DNA of 64,000 nucleotides from Dehalococcoidales bacterium. Its GTDB lineage: Bacteria; Chloroflexota; Dehalococcoidia; Dehalococcoidales; Fen-1064. The position numbers were made by a program, and so were the translations under genes. The notes below the pieces were generated by a model. It did not search any database and was not told the origin of the DNA. It saw only the letters and a program-made list of their open reading frames with translations. The stretch lies in NCBI GenBank assembly GCA_030654965.1, contig JAURWL010000222.1, positions 20,830-84,829 of the forward strand, written 5' to 3'. Shown one piece after another: positions 35,469 to 44,622 of the stretch (positions are counted from its first letter, which is position 1; every line of letters starts with the position of its first letter).

Positions 35469-38400
35469 CTAGACCTCTTCCGCGAGTGTCTCCACCATCA
35501 GCCCACCCTCGCCTACCAGTCCGATAAGTTGTTCACGAAGTTCCGGGCAGTAGCCGGTGTAAATATTCGGCAATTTCAAATTTACGGTCTTGCCGTTATT
35601 GATAATACGCAGGCTCACTTCATCCCGGCCGGGATACTCCTTAATCGTATAGATAACACGGTGAAGGCGGTTGACATCCCCCTCGCTGTCATGTGTTCCA
35701 TTGATACTGATAACGAGGCGGTGTCGCTTCAACGTTTCAACGCTAACCGAAGCGGGCTTCCCGTTTATAACAGATTTGTTATTGGTGAACGGTTTACCGT
35801 TATAGGTTGCCTTGCCGTTCGATACCACCAGCGGCCTGATTTCAGAGACCGGCGGCTTTTTCGGGACAGCCTGACCGGGTTGATAGCGACTGGCTTTTTT
35901 ACAGCTAATTTGAACCGTATCTTCTCTTGTTGAGACACGTCCCTCAATCAGTACGATTGTCCCTTCCTCCCATAAATCCACGGTTTCCGTGTAAACATCC
36001 GACCATACCATGAGCTCAATACTGCCCTCGAGGTCTTCCAGCATAGCTTTAACAAAGGGTTTCTGGGATTTGGTTATGAGATGACTCACCGAAGCAATCA
36101 TTCCTGCCACGAGCACCGTCTGTCCCGTCATTTCGCTTTCTATCTGGCCGCACAGCGTGATATTGTCTTCCGCAATTTTGCTGGCGTAGGGAGTAAAGGG
36201 ATGCTCGGAGAGATAAACACCCATCAACTCTTTTTCCCAGGCGAGTTTTTCCTTGACAGGCACCTCGACTTCTTGAAGATTCAATTTTGAGAGGGGTACC
36301 GGCACCTCGGCGCCCCACAGGTTAAACATGGTGGTCTGTCCGGAGTCACGACTGCGCTGTTCCCGCTGTGCCAGCGAAAGAATCTCGGTGACGTTATTCA
36401 ATAATGTGCCGCGGTCGCCAAGGCTATCAAATGCCCCCGCCTTTATGAGGCTTTCCATTACCCGCCGGTTCAGGTTGTTAAAATCAACGCGCCGGCAGAG
36501 GTCTTCAATAGATTTAAACAACCCGTGTTTCTCCCGTTCGGTGATGACTGACTCCACAGCCCCGACTCCGACATTCTTGATAGAGGTTAAGCCGAAGCGA
36601 ATCGCAGGGACACCACGCTCGTCGCGTTCGATAGAAAAATATGTTTGACTGCGGTTGATATCCGGTGGAAGCACTTTGATACCTAAACGCCGGCATTCCC
36701 CGATGGCAGTGGTAATCTTCTCCGTCACCCCGGCATGAACTGTCAGGAGCGCCGTCATATACTCCACCGGGTAGTTGGCTTTAAGATACGCGGTCTGGTA
36801 TGCAATCAGTGCGTAGCTGGCGGCGTGTGCTTTGTTGAAGGCGTAACCTGCAAACGGCTCAATCAGTGCGAATACCTGTTCGGCGAGGTCTGCGGAGAAA
36901 CCCCGGTTCTTCGCGCCTTCTATAAAGCTCTGCTTCTCTTTTCTCAAGACCTCCAGGATTTTCTTGCCCATTGCTTTACGGAAAATATCCGCCTTACCGA
37001 GGCTGTAGCCGGCGAACTCTCGCACAATAAAAAGCACCTGCTCCTGGTAGACAATCACTCCGTAGGTTTCTTCAAGGAAGTGGGCGAGCGCGGGATGAAG
37101 GTAGCGGATAGGTTCCTGTCCATTCTTAGCTTTAATGAAGGTGGGGATATGCTCCATGGGACCGGGACGGTATAAAGCCACCATAGCCGTGATATCGTTA
37201 AAGACCGTGGGTTTTAGCTCTTTAATGTAGCGGCGCATTCCCGACCCTTCCAGCTGAAAGACACCCGCCGTCTCTCCTGATGACAGCAAGTCATATGTTT
37301 TTTTATCATCCAGCGGAATGCGGTACAGGTTGATATCAAGACCACGGTAATCTTTGATAAGGTCGCGGGCTTTGCCGAGGATGGTCAGGTTTGCCAGCCC
37401 CAGGAAGTCCATCTTCAGAAGGCCAATGCGGGCAACATCATCCATAGCAAACTGGACCATCACCGCGTGCTCGTTGTTCCCCTTAGAGACCTTCTGTAAC
37501 GGCACATGCTTTGTGAGCGGCTCCTTGGAGATAACCACACCGGCGGCGTGAGTACTGGCGTGACGGGAAATGCCCTCCACCCTCTTTGCCGAATCAATCA
37601 GATTGCGAATGGTGGGGTCTTCACGGTAGATACTGGCAAGCTCATCCACCTGTTTCAGAGCATCGTCAATGGTCACTTTGGGGCTGAAAGGTATAAGCCG
37701 GGCAACACGGTCGACATCGCCGTAATTCATACCCAGCGCCCGTCCTATATCACGGATTGCCGCCCGCGCACCCAGCGTCCCGAATGTGATAATCTGGGCA
37801 ACATGGTCATGTCCGAACTTATTAGAAACGTAAGCGATAACTTCATCACGACGGTCGTCCTGGAAGTCGAGGTCGACATCCGGCATTTCCTTGCGCTCGA
37901 AGTTGAGAAAGCGCTCAAAAACCAGCTTGTGAGCAATGGGGTCAATCTCTGTGATACCGAGGCAGTGAAGGATGATGCTGGAGGCGGCGCTCCCTCTCAC
38001 TCCGAAAAGAATGCCCTTCTTTTTTGTAAAAGAAATGATGTCCCAGACCACAAGAATGTAGTTGGCAAATTGTGTCTGCTTGATGACACTCAGTTCGTAT
38101 TCCAATCGCTGTGTGATTTCTGCGGATGGATTGGGGTAGAAACGGGGCAAGCCTTCATAACACAACTCTCTGAGATAATCATCCGGGGTCTTACCAGCAG
38201 GCAGTTCTATTTCCGGCAAGTGCAGTCGCCCGAACTCCAGTTTAAGGTCGCACATCCGGGCGATACGCTGGGTATTCTCAAGCGCTTCCGGCAGGTCACG
38301 GTACTGCTCCGCCATCTCTTCCGGACTGCGGAGGTAGAAGAAATCCCCCGCCATTTTTATCCGTTTCTCATCTTTAATGGTGGTATTGGTGCCAACACAA

Positions 38401-39050
38401 AGGAGTAAATCGTGGGTGGCGGCATCTTCACGATTGATATAATGGACGTCATTGCTGGCAACGAGGGGAATACCGAGCTCTTTGCTCATCGTAATCAGCT
38501 CACTATTCACCCGCTCTAACTCGGGGATGGGATGCCGCTGTATCTCCAGATAGAAATCACCAAAGACTTCTTTGTACCAGAGGGCGGCTTTTCTCGCTTC
38601 ATCGAGCCGTCCGCTAGTGATGAGCTGGGGGATTTCACCCGCCAGACAGGATGACAGCGCCACCAGCCCGGAACTGTATTCCTTCAGCAAACCCTTATCA
38701 ATGCGCGGCTTATAATAGAACCCCTCAAGATGTGCTCTCGTAACTAGCTGAAGCAGATTGCGGTAGCCGGTCTGGTTTTTTACCAGCAGGACCAGGTGGT
38801 AATTGTTTTTCTCACCGGGGACGCGGTTGAGTCGGCTCTCCGGGGCAATGTAAACCTCGCAACCGATGATGGGACGTAATCCTGCCTCTTTTGCCTTTAC
38901 ATAGAAATCAATGGCGCCGTACATCACACCGTGGTCAGTGAGCGCCAGGCTTTCCATACCCAGAGCCTTAGCTCTTGCCACCAGCTTATCAATACGGCAC
39001 ATGCCATCGAGTAGACTGAATTCACTATGAACGTGGAGGTGCGTGAACAT
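35469..39050 (-). CDS. dnaE: DNA polymerase III alpha subunit
   Basis: 1193 aa. The PHP N-terminus FTHLHVHSEFSLLDG, a polymerase core, an OB fold and a roughly 170-aa C-terminal extension are present. Confidence 0.95.
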   Translation of the reverse strand: MFTHLHVHSEFSLLDGMCRIDKLVARAKALGMESLALTDHGVMYGAIDFYVKAKEAGLRPIIGCEVYIAPESRLNRVPGEKNNYHLVLLVKNQTGYRNLLQLVTRAHLEGFYYKPRIDKGLLKEYSSGLVALSSCLAGEIPQLITSGRLDEARKAALWYKEVFGDFYLEIQRHPIPELERVNSELITMSKELGIPLVASNDVHYINREDAATHDLLLCVGTNTTIKDEKRIKMAGDFFYLRSPEEMAEQYRDLPEALENTQRIARMCDLKLEFGRLHLPEIELPAGKTPDDYLRELCYEGLPRFYPNPSAEITQRLEYELSVIKQTQFANYILVVWDIISFTKKKGILFGVRGSAASSIILHCLGITEIDPIAHKLVFERFLNFERKEMPDVDLDFQDDRRDEVIAYVSNKFGHDHVAQIITFGTLGARAAIRDIGRALGMNYGDVDRVARLIPFSPKVTIDDALKQVDELASIYREDPTIRNLIDSAKRVEGISRHASTHAAGVVISKEPLTKHVPLQKVSKGNNEHAVMVQFAMDDVARIGLLKMDFLGLANLTILGKARDLIKDYRGLDINLYRIPLDDKKTYDLLSSGETAGVFQLEGSGMRRYIKELKPTVFNDITAMVALYRPGPMEHIPTFIKAKNGQEPIRYLHPALAHFLEETYGVIVYQEQVLFIVREFAGYSLGKADIFRKAMGKKILEVLRKEKQSFIEGAKNRGFSADLAEQVFALIEPFAGYAFNKAHAASYALIAYQTAYLKANYPVEYMTALLTVHAGVTEKITTAIGECRRLGIKVLPPDINRSQTYFSIERDERGVPAIRFGLTSIKNVGVGAVESVITEREKHGLFKSIEDLCRRVDFNNLNRRVMESLIKAGAFDSLGDRGTLLNNVTEILSLAQREQRSRDSGQTTMFNLWGAEVPVPLSKLNLQEVEVPVKEKLAWEKELMGVYLSEHPFTPYASKIAEDNITLCGQIESEMTGQTVLVAGMIASVSHLITKSQKPFVKAMLEDLEGSIELMVWSDVYTETVDLWEEGTIVLIEGRVSTREDTVQISCKKASRYQPGQAVPKKPPVSEIRPLVVSNGKATYNGKPFTNNKSVINGKPASVSVETLKRHRLVISINGTHDSEGDVNRLHRVIYTIKEYPGRDEVSLRIINNGKTVNLKLPNIYTGYCPELREQLIGLVGEGGLMVETLAEEV

Positions 39051-39145
39051 GTATGTCCTTTGAACTTGCGGTTGTTAAAACTAAAACATTATAGCACAGA
39101 GAGTTGGCGTTGTAGTCATAGTTGGGGGAATTTTTACCGTATGAA

Positions 39146-39694
39146 TTATTCTATTGCGAAAAGTTTCCGAATAGTCTCCAGACGCGCGGTATTCTCTTGT
39201 AAAAATAGCGGCGGACACTGTTCCAGCATGCATTTCCCAGTCCGCAATTCCGAGGCAAAAACCAGACAGGTGGAATAGTCACACTGCCGGCAATTGGTTT
39301 TAGGCAGATGTCTGTAAATATCGATGGCGGTGGGTAATTTCCTTTCAGTAAAGCTGGGTTTGATGGTCGCCCGTTCTTGCCAAACGCGGTTGACCAATTT
39401 CACCGCATTGCGGACGGCTTCGGGGGCTTGCGCGGCTTCATTTACACCCGCCACCCGGATTTCCGTAGCGCGGAAAGCATATTGCCGCCGTTCCTCTCTT
39501 CCGATGAGCACTTTATTCTCATGGTCGTAGTAGGTGTCTTCGAGCACGGTATTGAGATATGGGAATACCGGACTGATATCCTCGGATAGGATAATCCGCA
39601 CACCATACCGCCCCGACCCCGGCGCGCAGGGCGGTTCAGCGAGTTCATATTCGTATCGAGTAATTATTTCTTCAGACATCAGACGCCGCACCAC
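39146..39694 (-). CDS. Protein with C-terminal putative Fe-S domain (RnfB/AcsC N-terminal type)
   Basis: LPKTNCRQCDYSTCLVFASELRTGKCMLEQCPPL resembles the PF04060-type motif LPxxNCGxCGxxxCxxFAxxL. The N-terminal ~120 aa were not recognised. The start is GTG 39694 or ATG 39679. Confidence 0.6.
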   Translation of the reverse strand: MVRRLMSEEIITRYEYELAEPPCAPGSGRYGVRIILSEDISPVFPYLNTVLEDTYYDHENKVLIGREERRQYAFRATEIRVAGVNEAAQAPEAVRNAVKLVNRVWQERATIKPSFTERKLPTAIDIYRHLPKTNCRQCDYSTCLVFASELRTGKCMLEQCPPLFLQENTARLETIRKLFAIE

Positions 39695-40677
39695 TATAGA
39701 TATTCAAACTTTTCTTGTAAACTCTCACTTTTGATTCTGGGGTCGAGCCACGCGCAGACTAAATCTGTAATCAGGAAAACCACCAGACAGACACCAGCCA
39801 GGATGAAAAGGGTACCAGCGATAACCGGGAAATCCCTCTGTCCTATCGCGTCAAGGAAAAACAGGCTAATTCCAGGAAAGGCTATTGTCCCTTCAAAGAA
39901 AATCGCCATACAGAATGAAACAGGCAGGAGTTCCGCAAGTTTTTTCAATACTGGTACCAGCGCATTAGGAACACCATGCCGTATGAAAACAACCTGCTTC
40001 CGTAATCCTTTGGCACGCGCTGCCCGAATGTAATTTGCATGCAGAATATCAGAAAAAATCCCTCTATAAGTTCTAAGCAGGAATGCTGAAATATACAGCC
40101 CCATCAATACGGACGGGACAATCAGGAATCTGGTGTTTGCCAGCCAGTCGTCGGTGAAGTTGATATACCTTTGTGGCGGGGTCCAGCCAAACAAAATATC
40201 AGGGAATACAAACAAAAGCGTTATCAGCCAGAAAATTGGCACGGTATTAAACACGCCTTCAAGTATTTTGCTGATAATAGCCGCCGCCTTAATGCGCCAT
40301 ACGGTAGAAAGCAGTGCGAGGGGCACAGTAACAAAATGGGCAAAAATAAACGAAAGCAGTACCAGTTCGAAGGTTACGGGGAATCTCTTTGCCATTTCAT
40401 CTGATACATACCTGCTTGTCCATATTGATTGTCCGAAGTTTCCACGAACCATACCAGTCATCCAGTTCCAGTATTGGAGGTAAAAAGGTTGGTCTAAACC
40501 AAGAATCTTTGTAAATGCTTCCATGCAGTCCCATCCCTCTTCCGATACATCAATTCCTTCGCAGATATCTTCAAGCCTGGATTCGGGAATTCTTACGACC
40601 GTGAAAAAGACAATAATCGTGATAAAAAACAATGTCAGTAAAGCGAAGAGGATTCTTCTGGCTGTATAACTTCCCAT
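39694..40677 (-). CDS. DppB/OppB-family ABC permease, orphan
   Basis: 327 aa. The N-terminal TM segment is ARRILFALLTLFFITIIVFF. The EAA-like region is YIRAARAKGLRKQVVFIRHGVPNAL and the C-terminus is DLVCAWLDPRIK. Confidence 0.8.
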   Translation of the reverse strand: MGSYTARRILFALLTLFFITIIVFFTVVRIPESRLEDICEGIDVSEEGWDCMEAFTKILGLDQPFYLQYWNWMTGMVRGNFGQSIWTSRYVSDEMAKRFPVTFELVLLSFIFAHFVTVPLALLSTVWRIKAAAIISKILEGVFNTVPIFWLITLLFVFPDILFGWTPPQRYINFTDDWLANTRFLIVPSVLMGLYISAFLLRTYRGIFSDILHANYIRAARAKGLRKQVVFIRHGVPNALVPVLKKLAELLPVSFCMAIFFEGTIAFPGISLFFLDAIGQRDFPVIAGTLFILAGVCLVVFLITDLVCAWLDPRIKSESLQEKFEYL

Positions 40678-40752
40678 CTACCACCTCCTGTTGCTCACTA
40701 AGTCAGGGGTTCGTGGCGGTCACGGGATACTCGCATGAGAAGTATTTGCCTT

Positions 40753-40781
40753 AATGTATGACAGGAGACGGTATTTGTCAA
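40753..40781 (-). promoter_or_regulatory. Sigma70-type promoter (TTGACA-17-TACATT) for the permease operon
   Basis: The minus strand reads TTGACAaataccgtctcctgtcaTACATT, about 75 nt upstream of the ATG at 40677. Confidence 0.5.
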
Positions 40782-40829
40782 TAGTTTTTAATGTGATGGA
40801 GTTATCTAAAGAACCCGAAGGGCAGAGTT

Positions 40830-41163
40830 CCACGCGCTTGCGCGTGGGTGAATGTAGAGGGAGAATAGTCAGTTCTTAACAATCATAGCACACACAGCTT
40901 TAGGTCAAGCGAAGCTTGAGTTATAAAGTGCCACGAGCTTGCTCGTGGGTATCTACAAGTGTCATAATCTCAACCCTACGCCCCATCCCTTTATCCCTTC
41001 CCGCGGGGAAGGGATAAATTAATTAAGGGGGTTGTACCCCCTTAATACCCTTGCCTACCTGTGGGTTTTTTATTAACAGTTCTTAAGTAGGGTGGGTAAA
41101 ACCACTGTTTATTAAGGTCGTGGTGGGTTACGCTTCGATTTCATCGAGGCTGCACCCACCCTA
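40830..41163. repeat. Array of five distinct perfect GC-rich hairpins in one spacer
   Basis: H1 is 40830-40847, CCACGCGC-TT-GCGCGTGG. H2 is 40931-40948, CCACGAGC-TT-GCTCGTGG. H3 is 40991-41017 with a 12-bp stem, ttatcccttccc/gggaagggataa. H4 is 41022-41046 with a 10-bp stem, attaaggggg/cccccttaat. H5 is 41087-41163, where the 11-bp inverted repeat gtagggtgggt/acccaccctac encloses two inner hairpins. Confidence 0.75.
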
Positions 41164-41184
41164 CCAATTGTAATTTGTTACTTT

Positions 41185-41988
41185 CTAGTCCTGTTTACTA
41201 AAAGATAGCACAGCCAGGACGAGGAATATAATCCCCAGCCCGATTACGATGAGGGTATCCTCCAGCACACCCATCGTGTGCCCGAACACGGTGACTCCGA
41301 TTGCCTGTGTGGGTGTCGTCGTTACCCCGAGGAATATCTGACGGACAGCATCCACGCCATAGGTGAGGGGATTAAGCTTCGAGATTACTGACAACCAGAC
41401 CGCCACGTTATTGACCGGGAAGAGCACCCCGGAGAGAAAGGTCATCGGCATGATAACAATCTGTACCAGGAGCTGAAATCCCTGCTGACTGCGCATCCGT
41501 GAGGCCATCAGAATACCCAGTCCGGAAATGGCGATGGAGATAATAATCAGGATGGGGATTAATTTAAGAATGAGTATCAAGCTTAGCTCAACCTGCAAAA
41601 AGGGCGCCAGCACGAGCATGATAACTGTCTGCCCCAGTGAAATAATGGCAGTACCAATGACTTTCCCGAGCACAATACTGCTACGGCTCAATGGCGCTAC
41701 CAGCACCTCCCTGAGAAAACCGAACTCCCTGTCCCAGACAATGGATAAACCGGACATCAGCGAAACCATCAACGTGGTCATGGCGATAATACCGGGATAG
41801 ATAAACTGCACAAAATCAACACCGGGCGCCATCGGACCAATTACATTTTTAAACCCAGCGCCAAAGATTATAAGAAAAAGAATCGGCATGGCAAAGGCCG
41901 AAATAAGACGCGTGCGCTCCTGCAGGAAACGCAGGAGGTCACGATAAGCAATAACCCAGATACCGCGAAATTGCTCTGTTATCTTCAT
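41185..41988 (-). CDS. ABC-2 type transporter permease
   Basis: 267 aa with 6 TM segments. Its start overlaps the ATPase stop by 4 nt. Confidence 0.85.
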   Translation of the reverse strand: MKITEQFRGIWVIAYRDLLRFLQERTRLISAFAMPILFLIIFGAGFKNVIGPMAPGVDFVQFIYPGIIAMTTLMVSLMSGLSIVWDREFGFLREVLVAPLSRSSIVLGKVIGTAIISLGQTVIMLVLAPFLQVELSLILILKLIPILIIISIAISGLGILMASRMRSQQGFQLLVQIVIMPMTFLSGVLFPVNNVAVWLSVISKLNPLTYGVDAVRQIFLGVTTTPTQAIGVTVFGHTMGVLEDTLIVIGLGIIFLVLAVLSFSKQD

Positions 41989-42959
41989 CCGTGCATCCCT
42001 CCTCCCATCATTCTTCTCATCTGTTCCCAGGCGCCGGCTTCCTGGTCGCGGATAGCTCTTCCGGTGAGCTTTAGAAAAACGTCATCCAGCGTCGGGCGAT
42101 GCACGCTGATGGAATGGAGACCGCTGCGGAAACTGCGCATAAATTCCGGCAAGAACGTATCGCTATGTTTTACACTGAAAGTAATCATCCCATTCTGGAT
42201 AATGGGCGCAAGCTGAAAACTTTCCTTTAGTTCTTTGAGCGCCTGTTCCTGATTATTAGCCTGGATGCTAACCATATCCCCGCCCACCGCGTCTTTTAGT
42301 TTTGCCGGTGTATCCAGCGCCACGATTTTCCCATGGTCGATGATAGCAATGCGGTCGCAGTATTCCGCTTCATCCATATAATGCGTGGTCATAAAGATGG
42401 TCAGGTTTTCCTGCTGACGCAGGGTATTGATATGGTCCCAGATTAGCCTTCGTGTCTGCGGGTCAAGTCCCAGTGTCGGTTCATCGAGAAATAGGATTTG
42501 CGGATGATGAAGCAACCCTCGAGCAAGCTCCAGCCGGCGTTTCATACCGCCGGAATAGGTCGCGACCCGGCTCTTGCGGCGGTCGGATAGTTGCACCAGC
42601 TCCAGGAGTTCAGCCATTCGCTTCTCACGCACATCCCGCGGCACGCCGTAAGCGTAAGCATGAAAAAGCAGGTTTTGCTCGGCGGTCAGATAATCGTCGA
42701 GCGTGAGGTCCTGAAACACCAGCCCGATAGACCGCTGAACCTGCCGGCGCTCCCTGACTACGTCAAAGCCATTCACGGAGGCTTTACCGCTGGTCGGTAA
42801 CAGCAGTGTGCATAAAATATTAATGGTGGTGGTTTTCCCGGCGCCGTTCGGACCCAGAAACCCGAAGTTTTCTCCCTTCTGCACGGTGAAGGAAATCCCG
42901 TCTACCGCCACCAGTTGCCCGAACTTCCTGACGATATTATCAATCTCGATTGCGTTCAC
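41985..42959 (-). CDS. ABC transporter ATP-binding protein (DrrA/ABC-2 type)
   Basis: Walker A is GPNGAGKTT, the signature is YSGGMKRRL and Walker B is ILFLDEPT. Confidence 0.9.
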   Translation of the reverse strand: MNAIEIDNIVRKFGQLVAVDGISFTVQKGENFGFLGPNGAGKTTTINILCTLLLPTSGKASVNGFDVVRERRQVQRSIGLVFQDLTLDDYLTAEQNLLFHAYAYGVPRDVREKRMAELLELVQLSDRRKSRVATYSGGMKRRLELARGLLHHPQILFLDEPTLGLDPQTRRLIWDHINTLRQQENLTIFMTTHYMDEAEYCDRIAIIDHGKIVALDTPAKLKDAVGGDMVSIQANNQEQALKELKESFQLAPIIQNGMITFSVKHSDTFLPEFMRSFRSGLHSISVHRPTLDDVFLKLTGRAIRDQEAGAWEQMRRMMGGGMHG

Positions 42960-43058
42960 ACTTCTTGCTCCTCACTTCCGCCGTTTCAGACGGCTTCCCA
43001 AATTTCATTCTAGCATTGTTGGAGTGTGGACGCTATTAGTGTACAATCTGGATAGTAT

Positions 43059-43760
43059 ATGAGAATTATCAGCCGGTTTGCTCAGTGGCTTTTCATCCTT
43101 TGCCTGCCCGTGCTGGCAATTACGGGGAGTATCGCCGGGGCGGTGAACAGCACATGGCTCTATACTGCTGGTTTCGAGAAGCACCACGTACCGGAGAGCT
43201 TAGCAGCAAATAGCTTACCGCTCACCAGCGCCGACCTTAGAGATATTGTGCACGGGTTCATTCGTTACTTCAACTCCGGTGAGGAATTCATCCATCTGAC
43301 CGTGCAAATAGACGGACAAACCATCGAGCTCTTTAATCAGGAGGAAATTATCCACTTCAAGGATGTGAAAGGGCTGTTCCGTCTCGACTATGGCGTCCTG
43401 CTGGGGACATTTCTCTACTGCCTTCTGTTTACTCTGGTCAGCCTGTTCTGGCGCAAAGGTAACTATAACCGTCTGCTCGCACGCAGTGCAATTATCGGGA
43501 GCGGTATCGGTCTCGGTATTTTGGCGCTCATTGGTATCGGCATTCTGCTGGATTTTGACTCGCTTTTCTACGGGTTTCACCTCATTTCCTTCAGCAACGA
43601 TTTCTGGTCGGCGGAAGGCAATATGCTCCTGCTCTTTCCGGGTGGTTTCTGGTACGATATGGTCGTTTACGTTGCCCTGTTTGCTATTGCGCTGTCGCTG
43701 ATTCCGGGCATAATTGGCGGTATCTACATCATAAAAGGCAGGAGGAACAAGCGTGATTAA
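43059..43760 (+). CDS. TIGR01906/DUF1461-family integral membrane protein
   Basis: 233 aa. An N-terminal TM segment is followed by an extracytoplasmic segment (HFKDVKGLF) and then 3-4 TM segments. Confidence 0.65.
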   Translation: MRIISRFAQWLFILCLPVLAITGSIAGAVNSTWLYTAGFEKHHVPESLAANSLPLTSADLRDIVHGFIRYFNSGEEFIHLTVQIDGQTIELFNQEEIIHFKDVKGLFRLDYGVLLGTFLYCLLFTLVSLFWRKGNYNRLLARSAIIGSGIGLGILALIGIGILLDFDSLFYGFHLISFSNDFWSAEGNMLLLFPGGFWYDMVVYVALFAIALSLIPGIIGGIYIIKGRRNKRD

Positions 43761-44202
43761 CGTCCGTAAAGCAACTCTCAGTGAGGAAACAGAGGTCTTC
43801 GACCTGCTTTTAAAACTCCTCTCACCTCAGGCATCCGATAGTAGTCGCATTCACACACCGGCCTCGGCTGGAATTTTCCATGAGTTAATCACCGATGAAA
43901 GCAAGGGTGCAGTCATTGTCGCTGAAGAAGACGGCAAACTGGTCGGGATTATCACCCTGTCCTACCCCATCGCCATCCGTTGTGCGGGCAAGTATACCTG
44001 CATCGAAGAGTTCATCGTCAGCGAAACGATGCGCGGGCGCGGCGTAGGCATACAATTGCTGGAAGCGGCAATGAATGAAGCAAAGAAACAGGGCTGTTTT
44101 GAGATTCAGGTAAACAATCCCAGCGAACTGGGCTATCCCCTCTATATACGTCAGGATATTAAAGATGCCGGCAAACACCTGAAAAAGAGACTCAAGGAAT
44201 AG
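43753..44202 (+). CDS. GNAT-family N-acetyltransferase
   Basis: GTG start overlapping the upstream stop. The acetyl-CoA loop is EFIVSETMRGRGVGIQLLEAA. Confidence 0.8.
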   Translation: MINVRKATLSEETEVFDLLLKLLSPQASDSSRIHTPASAGIFHELITDESKGAVIVAEEDGKLVGIITLSYPIAIRCAGKYTCIEEFIVSETMRGRGVGIQLLEAAMNEAKKQGCFEIQVNNPSELGYPLYIRQDIKDAGKHLKKRLKE

Positions 44203-44270
44203 AGACTTGCCTTGACACTCGATGCGGGAAACGGAATCCAGACTAGGTAGGACAAGTATAGATAGACTAG

Positions 44271-44312
44271 ATTCTTCGTCGCAGGAGTATTTCAGAGCTC
44301 CTCAGAATGACA
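44271..44312 (-). repeat. Family A short form
   Basis: The reverse complement reads gtgtcattctgaggagctctgaaatactcctgcgacgaagaat. It abuts the stop codon at 44313. Confidence 0.7.
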
Positions 44313-44612
44313 CTATAGGTTGACGTTCATCTTCCATCTTGCCTTGCCGTCTTCCCGCCAAACAGTAAATGCGACCTTTCTGCCGTCAATAAGAAGTAGC
44401 TCTGATTCCGCGCGCAGTTTGTGAAAGTCCGCCTGCTCCAGAAAGAGCTGGAGCGTTTCCAATTGCTCTTGCAGGCGGAGGTCATCAGGAGTTTTCAGGA
44501 GTGCGGAGACAGTCTGGTTATAAAGCCGCCGCGCCTGAGTTTCTACACAGGCGTCAAGGGTGGGGTGAAGTATTACCATATTTTTACCGTTCTGCCCTAA
44601 GTTGATAAACAT
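44313..44612 (-). CDS. Hypothetical small cytoplasmic protein downstream of the nuclease
   Basis: The ORF track gives 118 aa from 44669, which would overlap the nuclease by 47 nt. Alternative ATGs are at 44612 and 44579. No family was recognised and no clear SD was seen. Confidence 0.45.
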   Translation of the reverse strand: MFINLGQNGKNMVILHPTLDACVETQARRLYNQTVSALLKTPDDLRLQEQLETLQLFLEQADFHKLRAESELLLIDGRKVAFTVWREDGKARWKMNVNL

Positions 44613-44622
44613 ACACAATGCC

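Noticed and set aside
37506-38408. Long antisense ORFs: 300 aa inside dnaE, 248 aa at 62332-63078 across hisF/nrpR, 215 aa at 29287-29934, 192 aa at 58580-59158 and 189 aa at 62153-62722.
   Set aside because: All lie opposite strongly supported genes. They have no recognisable motifs and biased, low-complexity composition. They are typical shadow ORFs in moderately GC-rich coding DNA.
40830-40948. Two near-identical 18-nt palindromes 101 nt apart, considered as a possible CRISPR array.
   Set aside because: There are only two copies, the repeat is too short and fully palindromic, the spacer is too long, and there are no cas genes.
41087-41163. A 77-nt unit closed by an 11-bp stem with two inner hairpins. 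Its size resembles a tRNA.
   Set aside because: It has no T-loop GTTCRANYC, no D-loop GG and no 7/4/5/5 cloverleaf geometry. The inner stem is 7 bp with a 5-nt loop. It is not a tRNA and is treated as a repeat or structured element.
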